A stretch of DNA of 15,101 nucleotides from Candidatus Krumholzibacteriia bacterium. Its GTDB lineage: Bacteria; Krumholzibacteriota; Krumholzibacteriia; WVZY01. The first letter of the stretch is position 1. Every line of letters begins with the position of its first letter. The notes under the pieces are model-generated. The model made no database searches. It was not told the DNA's origin and worked only from the letters and a program-made list of their open reading frames with translations. The stretch covers positions 1-15,101 of the forward strand of contig JAZGDW010000300.1 of the NCBI GenBank assembly GCA_036478295.1, given 5' to 3'. Both the position numbers and the translations under genes were made by a program. Positions 8,081-15,101 of this stretch are shown in pieces.

Positions 8081-8563
8081 ATGTATCGAACCGGAATCGG
8101 CTGGGACCTGCACGCGCTAGAGGCGGGGCGCAAGCTCATGCTGGGCGGCTTGCATTTCGAGGGTGCGCCAAAGGGATTGAAGGGTCACTCCGACGCAGAC
8201 GTCGTGTGCCATGCCGTCTGCGATGCGCTGCTCGGAGCGGCCGCGCTCGGCGATCTCGGCGATCACTTTCCAGACGACGATCCGGCGTACCGGGATTTCC
8301 CCGGTGTCGAGTTTCTGGCGACGGTGCGGGACAAAGTGCGCGAAAGGAAATACCGTATCGTAAACGTGGACTGCGTCGTAATGAGCGATGCGGTTCGCCT
8401 GGGTGACAAGAAGAAGATGATGGCGAAGCTCATGGCGGGCCATCTGGGAATCGACGCAGACCAGGTCTCCGTCAAAGCGACGACCTGGGAGGGCCACGGA
8501 ATGGTGGGCCGGGGCGAAGTGATCGCCTGCCAGTCGATCGTACTGCTGAGAAAAGAGGATTAG
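8081..8563 (+). CDS. ispF: 2-C-methyl-D-erythritol 2,4-cyclodiphosphate synthase
   Basis: 'RTGIGWDLH', 'GHSDADVVCHAVCDALLGA', 'GDLGDHFPD', 'VNVD', 'VSVKATT.EG'. Confidence 0.96.
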   Translation: MYRTGIGWDLHALEAGRKLMLGGLHFEGAPKGLKGHSDADVVCHAVCDALLGAAALGDLGDHFPDDDPAYRDFPGVEFLATVRDKVRERKYRIVNVDCVVMSDAVRLGDKKKMMAKLMAGHLGIDADQVSVKATTWEGHGMVGRGEVIACQSIVLLRKED

Positions 8564-8564
8564 C

Positions 8565-10028
8565 TTGCCCGGCGCCAGCAGCAACGTTGTTCGTGTGCGT
8601 TTTGCCCCGAGCCCGACGGGCTTTCTCCACGTCGGTGGAGCCCGCACCGCGATTTTCAACTGGCTCTTTGCCCGCCGCCATCAAGGCGTCTTCGTGCTCC
8701 GTATCGAAGACACCGATGTCGAGCGCAGTACGCGCGAGAGCGAGGCTTCTCTCCTGGACGACCTGCGGTGGCTGCGTCTCGACTGGGACGAGGGCCCGGA
8801 CACCGGCGGTGCGGCGGGACGGTACCGCCAGTCAGAACGGCTGGATGAATACCGGTCGCAGGCGCAAAAATTCATGGCCGCCGGCTTCGCCTACTCGTGC
8901 TTTTGCACGGACGAGCAGCTGCAGGCCAGGAAAGAAGCAGCGCGTGCAGCGGGCAGGCCTCCGCAGTACGACGGCACGTGCCGCGCGCTGACGGAGGACG
9001 AGGTCGAGGGGCGCCGCAAGGAGGGTCTGCCCGAGGCGATTCGTTTCAAAGTGCCGGACGAGGTCATCCGCTTCGAGGACCTGATCCGTGGTGATGTGGC
9101 CCTCGCATCGAACACGGTCGGCGATTTCGTGCTACTCCGATCCAACGGACGCCCGACATACAATTTCGCCGCCGCGGTCGACGATCATGCCATGGAGATA
9201 ACTCACGTCCTGCGTGGCGAGGAACACCTGCCCAACACGCTCAGGCAGGTTCTTATCTATAACGCGCTGGGGGCGAGTATTCCCCGCTTCGGGCACCTGC
9301 CCCTGATCCTGGCGGAGGATCGGTCCAAACTCAGCAAACGCCACGGTGCGGCCTCGATCGGTGAACTGCGAGCACAGGGCTTCCTGCCGGAGGCGGTGGT
9401 AAATTACCTGGTCCTGCTGGGGTGGTCGCACCCGCAGGGCAAAGAGGTGCTCTCTGTCGATGAACTGGGCAAGGATTTCGCACTGGAACGGGTCGGCAAG
9501 GCGGCCGCCATCTACGATCGCAAAAAACTCTTGTGGATGAACGGCCAGCATATCCGGAGGAAATCCGTGGACGCGCTTTTTCCCGTTGCCGACCCGTACT
9601 TTCCGGATGACATTCGCTCGATATACGATGAAAATGGTCGCCGGGAGATCCTGCGACTCCTGCAGGACACGATCGAGAATCTCGGGGACCTCGAGGCTGA
9701 GTGCGCGCCGTTTCGCTCGCCTGTGCAGATCGACTCCGAGGCCCGCGAGGAATTGACGGCGGCCGACGCCCGGCCCGTTCTTGCCGCCCTCGCTGAGGAA
9801 CTGGAAAAGATGGGGGACGAATTGACGGAGCCGCTTTTCAAGGACATGATGAAGACGGTGGGCAGGTCCACGGGCATCAAAGGGAAACAGCTCTTCTTTC
9901 CGGTGCGTGCTGCAATCACCGGAGCGGTGCACGGCCCGGAGCTGGCAGGGGTCGCGGCGATAAAGGGGCGGGACGCGCTGCTCGAGCTCATCGGGCGGGC
10001 ACAGGGCATTGGAGAATCGACCTCGTAG
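8565..10028 (+). CDS. gltX: Glutamate--tRNA ligase
   Basis: 'RVRFAPSPTGFLHVGGARTA', 'LRIEDTD', 'YRQSER', Zn site 'CFC...YDGTCR', 'THVLRGEEH', 'KLSKRHG', and an anticodon-binding domain. TTG start 1 nt after the ispF stop; exact start uncertain. Confidence 0.96.
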   Translation: MPGASSNVVRVRFAPSPTGFLHVGGARTAIFNWLFARRHQGVFVLRIEDTDVERSTRESEASLLDDLRWLRLDWDEGPDTGGAAGRYRQSERLDEYRSQAQKFMAAGFAYSCFCTDEQLQARKEAARAAGRPPQYDGTCRALTEDEVEGRRKEGLPEAIRFKVPDEVIRFEDLIRGDVALASNTVGDFVLLRSNGRPTYNFAAAVDDHAMEITHVLRGEEHLPNTLRQVLIYNALGASIPRFGHLPLILAEDRSKLSKRHGAASIGELRAQGFLPEAVVNYLVLLGWSHPQGKEVLSVDELGKDFALERVGKAAAIYDRKKLLWMNGQHIRRKSVDALFPVADPYFPDDIRSIYDENGRREILRLLQDTIENLGDLEAECAPFRSPVQIDSEAREELTAADARPVLAALAEELEKMGDELTEPLFKDMMKTVGRSTGIKGKQLFFPVRAAITGAVHGPELAGVAAIKGRDALLELIGRAQGIGESTS

Positions 10029-10062
10029 GAGAAGCCCTACGACAGCCGGGGGAAAACTTTCT

Positions 10063-11115
10063 GTGACGGGCAGCAAACCACTGTGCGTGTTCCTCGTTAT
10101 CGGGGGCGACTCATGCGAGCGCGACGTATCGATCGATACCGGTAAAGCCGTTTTCGACGCGCTGCGCCGGACGGGGCATCGCGTGTTTGTAGCGGATCCG
10201 CTTCATCCGGAAATAAAGCCGACCGAGAAACCCGCCGCGTTCTTCAACCAGGCCGCCATTACGAGAGAACCGCCGCGCGTTGACGGCGAACAGTTCGAGT
10301 CGCGGCAGGCGTTCATCAGCCTGCTCGGCCGGCACGGCAACATGAGCTGCGACGTCGTATTCAACGGCCTGCACGGGGGAGCGGGTGAGGACGGGACGTT
10401 CCAGGCTGTTCTCGAGTACCTGGGTATTCGCTATACGGGCAGTGGCCCGTGCGCGTGTGCCGTGGCCATGAACAAGGACCTCTCCAAACGGCTGGTTGCG
10501 GACGCCGGCGTGCCAGTGGCGAAGCATATCTACGTCGATTCGGCGGCGCATGAAGCGGTGGTCGTCGACCAGCAGGTGGCCGAACGTCTTTCGTTTCCGG
10601 TAGTCGTCAAACCGAATCATGAGGGCTCGAGCGTGGGAGTGACCCTCGTCGACAACCGGGACGCGCTTGCCGAGGCCATCCAGAATGCCAAAGCGTTCGG
10701 CGGACCCTACATGGTCGAGTCGTATGTTCCGGGACGGGAGATAACGGCGGCCATCCTGGATCACAACAACCTGCCGCTGCTCGAGATTCGGCCCAGGGAA
10801 GGGTTTTACAATTACGAAAGCAAATACCAGCCCGGCTCGTGCGAGTACCTCGTCCCCGCGCCCCTCAACGATGAGGTCTCGCAGGCGATAAGCCGGTCGG
10901 CGATCGCAGCGTACCGTGCGCTCGGCTGCCGCGGCTATGCGCGTGTCGATTTCAGATTGAACGACGACGGCGAGCATTTTTTTCTGGAAGTGAACACGCT
11001 GCCCGGTCTTACCGCAAACAGCCTGGTGCCGAAAGCCGCCGGGGCGGCGGGTATCGAGTTTCCGGAACTGGTCGACAACATCCTGCGGTTGGCGGCCGTG
11101 CCGCGCCCGCTGTGA
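10063..11115 (+). CDS. ddl: D-alanine--D-alanine ligase
   Basis: 'GGDSCERDVS..TG', 'LHGGAGEDG', 'YTGS', 'VVKP..EGSSVGV', omega loop 'FYNYESKY', 'GYARVDF', 'EVNTLPGLT..SL.PK'. The GTG at 10063 is chosen over the TTG at 10009, which overlaps gltX. Confidence 0.93.
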   Translation: MTGSKPLCVFLVIGGDSCERDVSIDTGKAVFDALRRTGHRVFVADPLHPEIKPTEKPAAFFNQAAITREPPRVDGEQFESRQAFISLLGRHGNMSCDVVFNGLHGGAGEDGTFQAVLEYLGIRYTGSGPCACAVAMNKDLSKRLVADAGVPVAKHIYVDSAAHEAVVVDQQVAERLSFPVVVKPNHEGSSVGVTLVDNRDALAEAIQNAKAFGGPYMVESYVPGREITAAILDHNNLPLLEIRPREGFYNYESKYQPGSCEYLVPAPLNDEVSQAISRSAIAAYRALGCRGYARVDFRLNDDGEHFFLEVNTLPGLTANSLVPKAAGAAGIEFPELVDNILRLAAVPRPL

Positions 11116-11149
11116 CGAGCCCCCGCGTGGCGGCCGAGGTTGGAGCCCT

Positions 11150-12583
11150 ATGACACTAAGAGTCTACGATACCCTGCGCGGCAAAAAGGTCGAGTTCAAA
11201 CCGGTCTCTGGCAACAAGGTGGGGATCTACTTCTGCGGCATGACCGTCCAGGATAAACCCCACATGGGACACATGCTGGCGTTTGTCTCCGGGGATATGA
11301 TCCGGCGCTACCTGGAGCACAAGGGCTACGAAGTCACCTACGTACAGAATTTCACCGACATCGACGACAAGATCATAAACAAAGCGAACGACGAGGGTCT
11401 CGATTATCAAGAGCTCGCCGAACGCAACATAGAGGCCTATTTCGCCGCCGCGAACGACCTGAATATCAAACCGGCCTCGCTTTACCCGCGGGCCACGGAG
11501 CACATCCAGGAGATGATCGACCTCATCGCCAACCTCGTGGAAAAGGACTACGCCTACGCGGCCGGGGGAGACGTGTATTACCGTGTCAGGAATTTCGACA
11601 ACTACGGCAAGCTCTCCAAGCGCAAGATCGACGATTTGATGAGCGGTGCGCGGATCGCGGTCGGCGAGGAAAAAGAGGACCCGCTGGACTTCGCGCTGTG
11701 GAAAGGCTCGAAGCCAGGGGAACCCGGATGGGACACGCCGTGGGGCCGGGGCCGGCCCGGGTGGCATATCGAGTGTTCGGCGATGGCGATGAAGTATCTC
11801 GGCGTGACGCTGGATTTTCACGGCGGCGGCGAGGACTTGATTTTTCCGCATCATGAAAACGAACTTGCGCAATCCGAGGCGGTCACCGGTTGCACCTTCG
11901 TCAATTTCTGGCTGCATAACGGCCTCCTGAACCTCCGTGGCGAGAAGATGTCCAAGTCCACCGGTCACTTTTTCGCGATGGACGAGGTCCTCAAGGATTA
12001 TCCCGGAGAGGTTGTTCGCTTTTACCTTTTGTCCACGCACTTTCGCAGCCAGAACGAGTATTCACGCGAGCGGCTCGAGGATGCGAGCCGCGGGTTCGAG
12101 CGCCTGCGGCTGGCTTGTGTAAGCATCGGCGAAAACCTGAACGCGCTCGGTGATTCGCCGGGGATATCCAGCCCGGCGGGCAATACGCTCAAGGAAGCGG
12201 TCGCGAAGGCACAAAAGCGTTTCCTCGCGGCCATGGATGACGACTTCAACAGCGCGGGCGCGATAGGAGCCGTGTTCGACCTGGTGAGAACCTACTACAA
12301 GCTTGTCGACAAGAGCGGCGAGACGATAACCAAGGACGGCGAGGCGCTCGGGCAGCTCAAAGACGCCATCGTGACCTTCGACAAGATCCTGGGCCTCTTT
12401 GCCGCCGGCGTTCCCACCGCCTCCGAAGAGATTCCGGAGGATGTCGCGGCCCTGGTCGAGGCGCGCCGGCAGGCGCGCCAGGATCGAGACTTCGAAAAAG
12501 CCGATGCCCTGCGGGACCAGGTAAGTGCCCTGGGCTACATCGTCGAGGACCGGCCCGACGGTGAACGGGTCCGCAGAAAATAG
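11150..12583 (+). CDS. cysS: Cysteine--tRNA ligase
   Basis: 'CGMTVQDKPHMGH' (HIGH variant), 'NFTDIDDKII', 'DFALWK', 'GRPGWHIECSAM', 'FPHHENE', 'KMSKS', 'AMDDDFNS'. Confidence 0.97.
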   Translation: MTLRVYDTLRGKKVEFKPVSGNKVGIYFCGMTVQDKPHMGHMLAFVSGDMIRRYLEHKGYEVTYVQNFTDIDDKIINKANDEGLDYQELAERNIEAYFAAANDLNIKPASLYPRATEHIQEMIDLIANLVEKDYAYAAGGDVYYRVRNFDNYGKLSKRKIDDLMSGARIAVGEEKEDPLDFALWKGSKPGEPGWDTPWGRGRPGWHIECSAMAMKYLGVTLDFHGGGEDLIFPHHENELAQSEAVTGCTFVNFWLHNGLLNLRGEKMSKSTGHFFAMDEVLKDYPGEVVRFYLLSTHFRSQNEYSRERLEDASRGFERLRLACVSIGENLNALGDSPGISSPAGNTLKEAVAKAQKRFLAAMDDDFNSAGAIGAVFDLVRTYYKLVDKSGETITKDGEALGQLKDAIVTFDKILGLFAAGVPTASEEIPEDVAALVEARRQARQDRDFEKADALRDQVSALGYIVEDRPDGERVRRK

Positions 12584-12732
12584 GCGCCGCTCCAGACTCC
12601 GCATTGCTTCGCCCCTCCCAACAGTCGCAGAAACTGACAAAGGTCACGTCGAATAAATCCCGCCGCCTGGTGTATTTTGGACAGGCATAGCCCTTATGGA
12701 GCTAGTAGCCACATTCACATGGGAGAGCCGTT

Positions 12733-13179
12733 ATGCCTACGGAGTACTGGTGGATTTGGATGGTCCTTGCCGCGCTCTTTGTCGTCGGCGAGATCTTCAG
12801 CGCAGCGTTCTTCCTGCTCTGGTTCGGGGTGGGCGCGGTTGTTGCGGGCCTGCTCGCGATGTGGGGTTTTGGCCTGGTCGCGCAGTTATCGGCGTTCATC
12901 GTGGTGTCATTTGCACTCTTCGTGGCGTCACGGCGGTTCGCCGAACGATTCACCAAGAAGCAGCCGCCCGGCATCGGCGCCGACCGTTTCGTCGGCCGAA
13001 AGGGCGTCGTGCTGGAGAAGATCGACAACGACAAGAATACAGGCCGTGTGCGCCTGGATAGGGAGGAGTGGCGGGCGGACAGTGAAACCGGCGACCACAT
13101 CGCCGTCGGGAAGATGGTCGAGGTGACCAAAATGAGTGGCACCCATGTCATCGTCAAATTGAAGGAAGGGGGAGAATAA
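12733..13179 (+). CDS. Short NfeD-like (YbbJ-type) membrane protein, partner of SPFH protein
   Basis: Three hydrophobic segments ('WWIWMVLAALFVVGEIF', 'FLLWFGVGA', 'QLSAFIVVS') followed by an OB-fold 'GRKGVV...GRVRLDREEWRA'. SD GGGAGA upstream; adjacent to an SPFH gene. Confidence 0.88.
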   Translation: MPTEYWWIWMVLAALFVVGEIFSAAFFLLWFGVGAVVAGLLAMWGFGLVAQLSAFIVVSFALFVASRRFAERFTKKQPPGIGADRFVGRKGVVLEKIDNDKNTGRVRLDREEWRADSETGDHIAVGKMVEVTKMSGTHVIVKLKEGGE

Positions 13180-13180
13180 C

Positions 13181-14134
13181 ATGGAAGCAGCAAACGTCCT
13201 GGTTCTATCGGTAGTCGCGTTCGTGGTTTTCATTATCGCGGCGACGGGGTTGAAAATTGTGCGGCCTTGGGAAAAGGGTCTCATCGAGCGCCTGGGTAAG
13301 TACCAGCGCACCGCAGACAGCGGTCTGACGCTAATCATTCCATTCCTGGAGAGGATCCAAAAAGTCGACATGCGTGAACAGGTGGTCGACGTGCCGCCGC
13401 AGCAGGTGATTACGAAGGACAACGTCGCCGTCGAAGTGGATGCAGTGGTTTACTTCGAGGTGACCGATCCGATCAAAAACGTTTACAACGTCGAGAACTA
13501 CTACATAGCGGCGACGAAACTCGCGCAAACCAACCTCCGTAACCTCATTGGTGACCTCGCGCTGGACGAGACGCTCACCTCCCGTGAGCTCATCAACACG
13601 CGGCTGCGTGAGATTCTCGACGACGCTACCGACAAGTGGGGTACCAAGGTCACGCGCGTGGAGCTGCAGAGAATCGAGCCGCCAGCCGACGTCACCCAGG
13701 CCATGCACCGCCAGATGAAAGCGGAGCGTGAACGGCGGGCGACCATCCTGGAGGCGGAGGGCCAGAAGAGGGCCGCGATTCTCGCGGCCGAGGGCACCAA
13801 ACAGGCCGCCATCCTCAAGGCGGAGGGCGAGGCCGAAGCCATCAAAAAGGTGGCCGACGCCGACAAATACCAGAAACTCACCGTCGCCGAGGGTGAGGGA
13901 CAGGCAATCGAGACCGTTTTCGGGGCCATCCACCAGGGAGACCCGACGAACGATCTTATTGCTATTAAATACCTTGAAGCGCTGGCTGCCATCGCGGACG
14001 GCCAGGCGACCAAGATATTCCTGCCCCTCGAGACCACCGGTCTGCTGGGTAGCATCGCCGGCGTCGGCGAGCTGCTAAAGGAAAAGCTGCCTGTGGGCAA
14101 CGGTGGCGAGCCCAAAAAATCGACGGTGTCGTAG
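13181..14134 (+). CDS. SPFH/Band 7 (stomatin-like, QmcA/YbbK-type) membrane protein
   Basis: N-terminal TM helix, 'ERLGKY', 'QQVITKDN..V.VDAVVYF', 'QTNLRNLIG', 'WGTKVTRVE', 'AM..QMKAERERRA.ILEAEG'. Confidence 0.93.
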   Translation: MEAANVLVLSVVAFVVFIIAATGLKIVRPWEKGLIERLGKYQRTADSGLTLIIPFLERIQKVDMREQVVDVPPQQVITKDNVAVEVDAVVYFEVTDPIKNVYNVENYYIAATKLAQTNLRNLIGDLALDETLTSRELINTRLREILDDATDKWGTKVTRVELQRIEPPADVTQAMHRQMKAERERRATILEAEGQKRAAILAAEGTKQAAILKAEGEAEAIKKVADADKYQKLTVAEGEGQAIETVFGAIHQGDPTNDLIAIKYLEALAAIADGQATKIFLPLETTGLLGSIAGVGELLKEKLPVGNGGEPKKSTVS

Positions 14135-14196
14135 GCACATCTATCCCGTTGTCGTATATTCAATTAGAGTATAACACGGCGAATATTCGCCCAAGC

Positions 14197-14228
14197 GCCC
14201 CGGGTCGATCGGCCCGGGGCAGTTTTTT
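14197..14228 (+). terminator. Intrinsic terminator after the SPFH gene
   Basis: GCCCCGGGTC-GATC-GGCCCGGGGC GC-rich stem followed by AGTTTTTT. Confidence 0.75.
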
Positions 14229-14232
14229 CAAG

Positions 14233-14265
14233 TTATCCACAGAAAAATTGCCAGATTCTGGATAA
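14233..14265. promoter_or_regulatory. Two DnaA-box-like motifs
   Basis: Perfect TTATCCACA at 14233-14241 (+) and an 8/9 match TTATCCAGA at 14265-14257 (-). Confidence 0.5.
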
Positions 14266-14307
14266 ATCCACGTTGACTTTCGCGCTATCTTTCTGTTATT
14301 TTTGCCC

Positions 14308-14335
14308 TTGACAATACAAGGACTGCGGCTATAAT
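14308..14335 (+). promoter_or_regulatory. Consensus sigma70 promoter of the tRNA-tuf operon
   Basis: TTGACA (14308-14313), 16-bp spacer, TATAAT (14330-14335). It has a T-rich upstream tract and a GC-rich discriminator (GTCGCG), as in stable-RNA promoters. Confidence 0.88.
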
Positions 14336-14379
14336 GTCGCGAGATTGGATACTGGTGTCCGAGGACGTACACCCTGTGA

Positions 14380-14455
14380 GCTGGCGTAGCTCAATTGGTA
14401 GAGCACCTCATTTGTAATGAGGTGGTTGGGGGTTCAAGTCCTCTCGCCAGCTCCA
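14380..14455 (+). tRNA. tRNA-Thr(UGU)
   Basis: 76 nt; acceptor GCTGGCG/CGCCAGC, anticodon arm CCTCA-TTTGTAA-TGAGG, GGTTCAAGT T-loop, encoded CCA. Confidence 0.97.
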
Positions 14456-14462
14456 TGATTTG

Positions 14463-14656
14463 TCGTCGATGAAAAAGAGCGGGCCGTTTTCGTAGATCTC
14501 TCTTCATCTAGTTCAAAACACCAAAATGTAGGTTGCAGGGATACTTGTCCCCGAGGCTTTTGGAAAGCCAAGGGGTTTGTGTCTCTATACGTGCTTATGC
14601 GCGTTCGATCGATAAACGTTTTTTCCTTTGATCTGTAGACGTTTTTTCAACGATGA
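14463..14656 (+). ncRNA. Candidate rod-shaped structured RNA in the tRNA spacer (6S-like architecture, unverified)
   Basis: Hand folding gives a closing stem 14463-14498/14630-14656, a central bubble, and an apical stem 14527-14599. Confidence 0.3.
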
Positions 14657-14674
14657 AGTGTGTTTGGGCGTGAG

Positions 14675-14759
14675 GGGGAGGTTCCCGAGTGGCCAAAGGG
14701 AACAGACTGTAAATCTGTCGGCGAAGCCTTCGGAGGTTCGAATCCTCCCCTCCCCACCA
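14675..14759 (+). tRNA. tRNA-Tyr(GUA)
   Basis: 85 nt; acceptor GGGGAGG/CCTCCCC, anticodon arm ACAGA-CTGTAAA-TCTGT, long variable arm GGC-GAA-GCC, encoded CCA. Confidence 0.97.
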
Positions 14760-14773
14760 TTGTTTTTTAATGG

Positions 14774-14850
14774 GCGGGAATAGCTCAGTTGGCTAGAGCG
14801 TCAGCCTTCCAAGCTGAGGGTCGCGGGTTCGAGTCCCGTTTCCCGCTCCA
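14774..14850 (+). tRNA. tRNA-Gly(UCC)
   Basis: 77 nt; acceptor GCGGGAA/TTCCCGC, anticodon arm TCAGC-CTTCCAA-GCTGA, U73, encoded CCA. Confidence 0.97.
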
Positions 14851-14876
14851 GTTTTTTTGTTGAACCAGGAACATGT

Positions 14877-14952
14877 GCCCACGTAGCTCAGTTGGTAGAG
14901 CATTTGCATGGTAAGCAAAAGGTCAGCGGTTCAAGCCCGCTCGTGGGCTCCA
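14877..14952 (+). tRNA. tRNA-Thr(GGU)
   Basis: 76 nt; acceptor GCCCACG/CGTGGGC, anticodon arm TTTGC-ATGGTAA-GCAAA, encoded CCA. Confidence 0.95.
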
Positions 14953-14974
14953 GCCGATTCTTTGGAGGGAAGAG

Positions 14975-15101
14975 ATGGCGAGAGCAAAGTTTGAGAGAAC
15001 GAAGCCGCACGTGAACATCGGGACGATCGGACACGTGGATCATGGGAAGACGACGCTGACGTCGGCGATAACGAAGGTGCTGGCGTCGAAGGGCCTGGCG
15101 G
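14975..15101 (+). CDS. tuf: Elongation factor Tu (5' part only, runs off the window)
   Basis: [36 protein letters not shown]..., with SD GGAGG upstream. It follows the canonical Thr-Tyr-Gly-Thr tRNA cluster. Confidence 0.98.
   Translation, partial: MARAKFERTKPHVNIGTIGHVDHGKTTLTSAITKVLASKGLA

Noticed and set aside
10029..10062. T-box leader between gltX and the downstream genes, as in Firmicutes
   Set aside because: The intergenic gaps are only ~34 bp and no T-box motif is visible.
10801..10830. Van-type D-Ala-D-Lac ligase
   Set aside because: The omega loop has the Tyr-type YNYESKY and there are no vanH/vanX neighbours.
9132..12040. Long minus-strand ORFs (314, 288 and 294 aa) and similar ones elsewhere
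   Set aside because: They are antisense to gltX, ddl and cysS, as expected from codon bias in a GC-rich genome, and show no family motifs.
14135..14379. oriC
   Set aside because: Only two DnaA boxes, no clear DUE, and no dnaA/dnaN nearby. The AT-richness is explained by the promoter and terminator.
14380..14952. Integrated element at a tRNA 3' end
   Set aside because: There is no duplicated tRNA 3' fragment and no integrase, and the tRNA-tuf cluster has the canonical order.

Overview
This is a GC-rich bacterial chromosomal housekeeping region. No mobile element, CRISPR array or defence system is recognisable. A divergent NFACT/RqcH-like gene lies on the minus strand, back-to-back with a ~12.4 kb plus-strand run: yicC-gmk-rpoZ-coaBC-UDG(family 4)-dnaB-ispD-ispF-gltX-ddl-cysS-short nfeD-SPFH. 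An intrinsic terminator closes this run. A consensus sigma70 promoter, preceded by two DnaA-box-like motifs, then drives tRNA-Thr(UGU)-Tyr(GUA)-Gly(UCC)-Thr(GGU)-tuf, with tuf truncated by the window edge. The most unusual signals are non-coding. (i) The ispD-ispF gap holds three degenerate 34-bp direct repeats; the third lies in the 5' arm of a ~120-nt strand-asymmetric hairpin capped by a GC-GTA-GC triloop (REP/MITE-like). (ii) The 219-nt tRNA-Thr/tRNA-Tyr spacer can be hand-folded into a ~195-nt rod with a central bubble (6S-RNA-like architecture). All calls come from manual motif recognition and hand folding; no searches were run.
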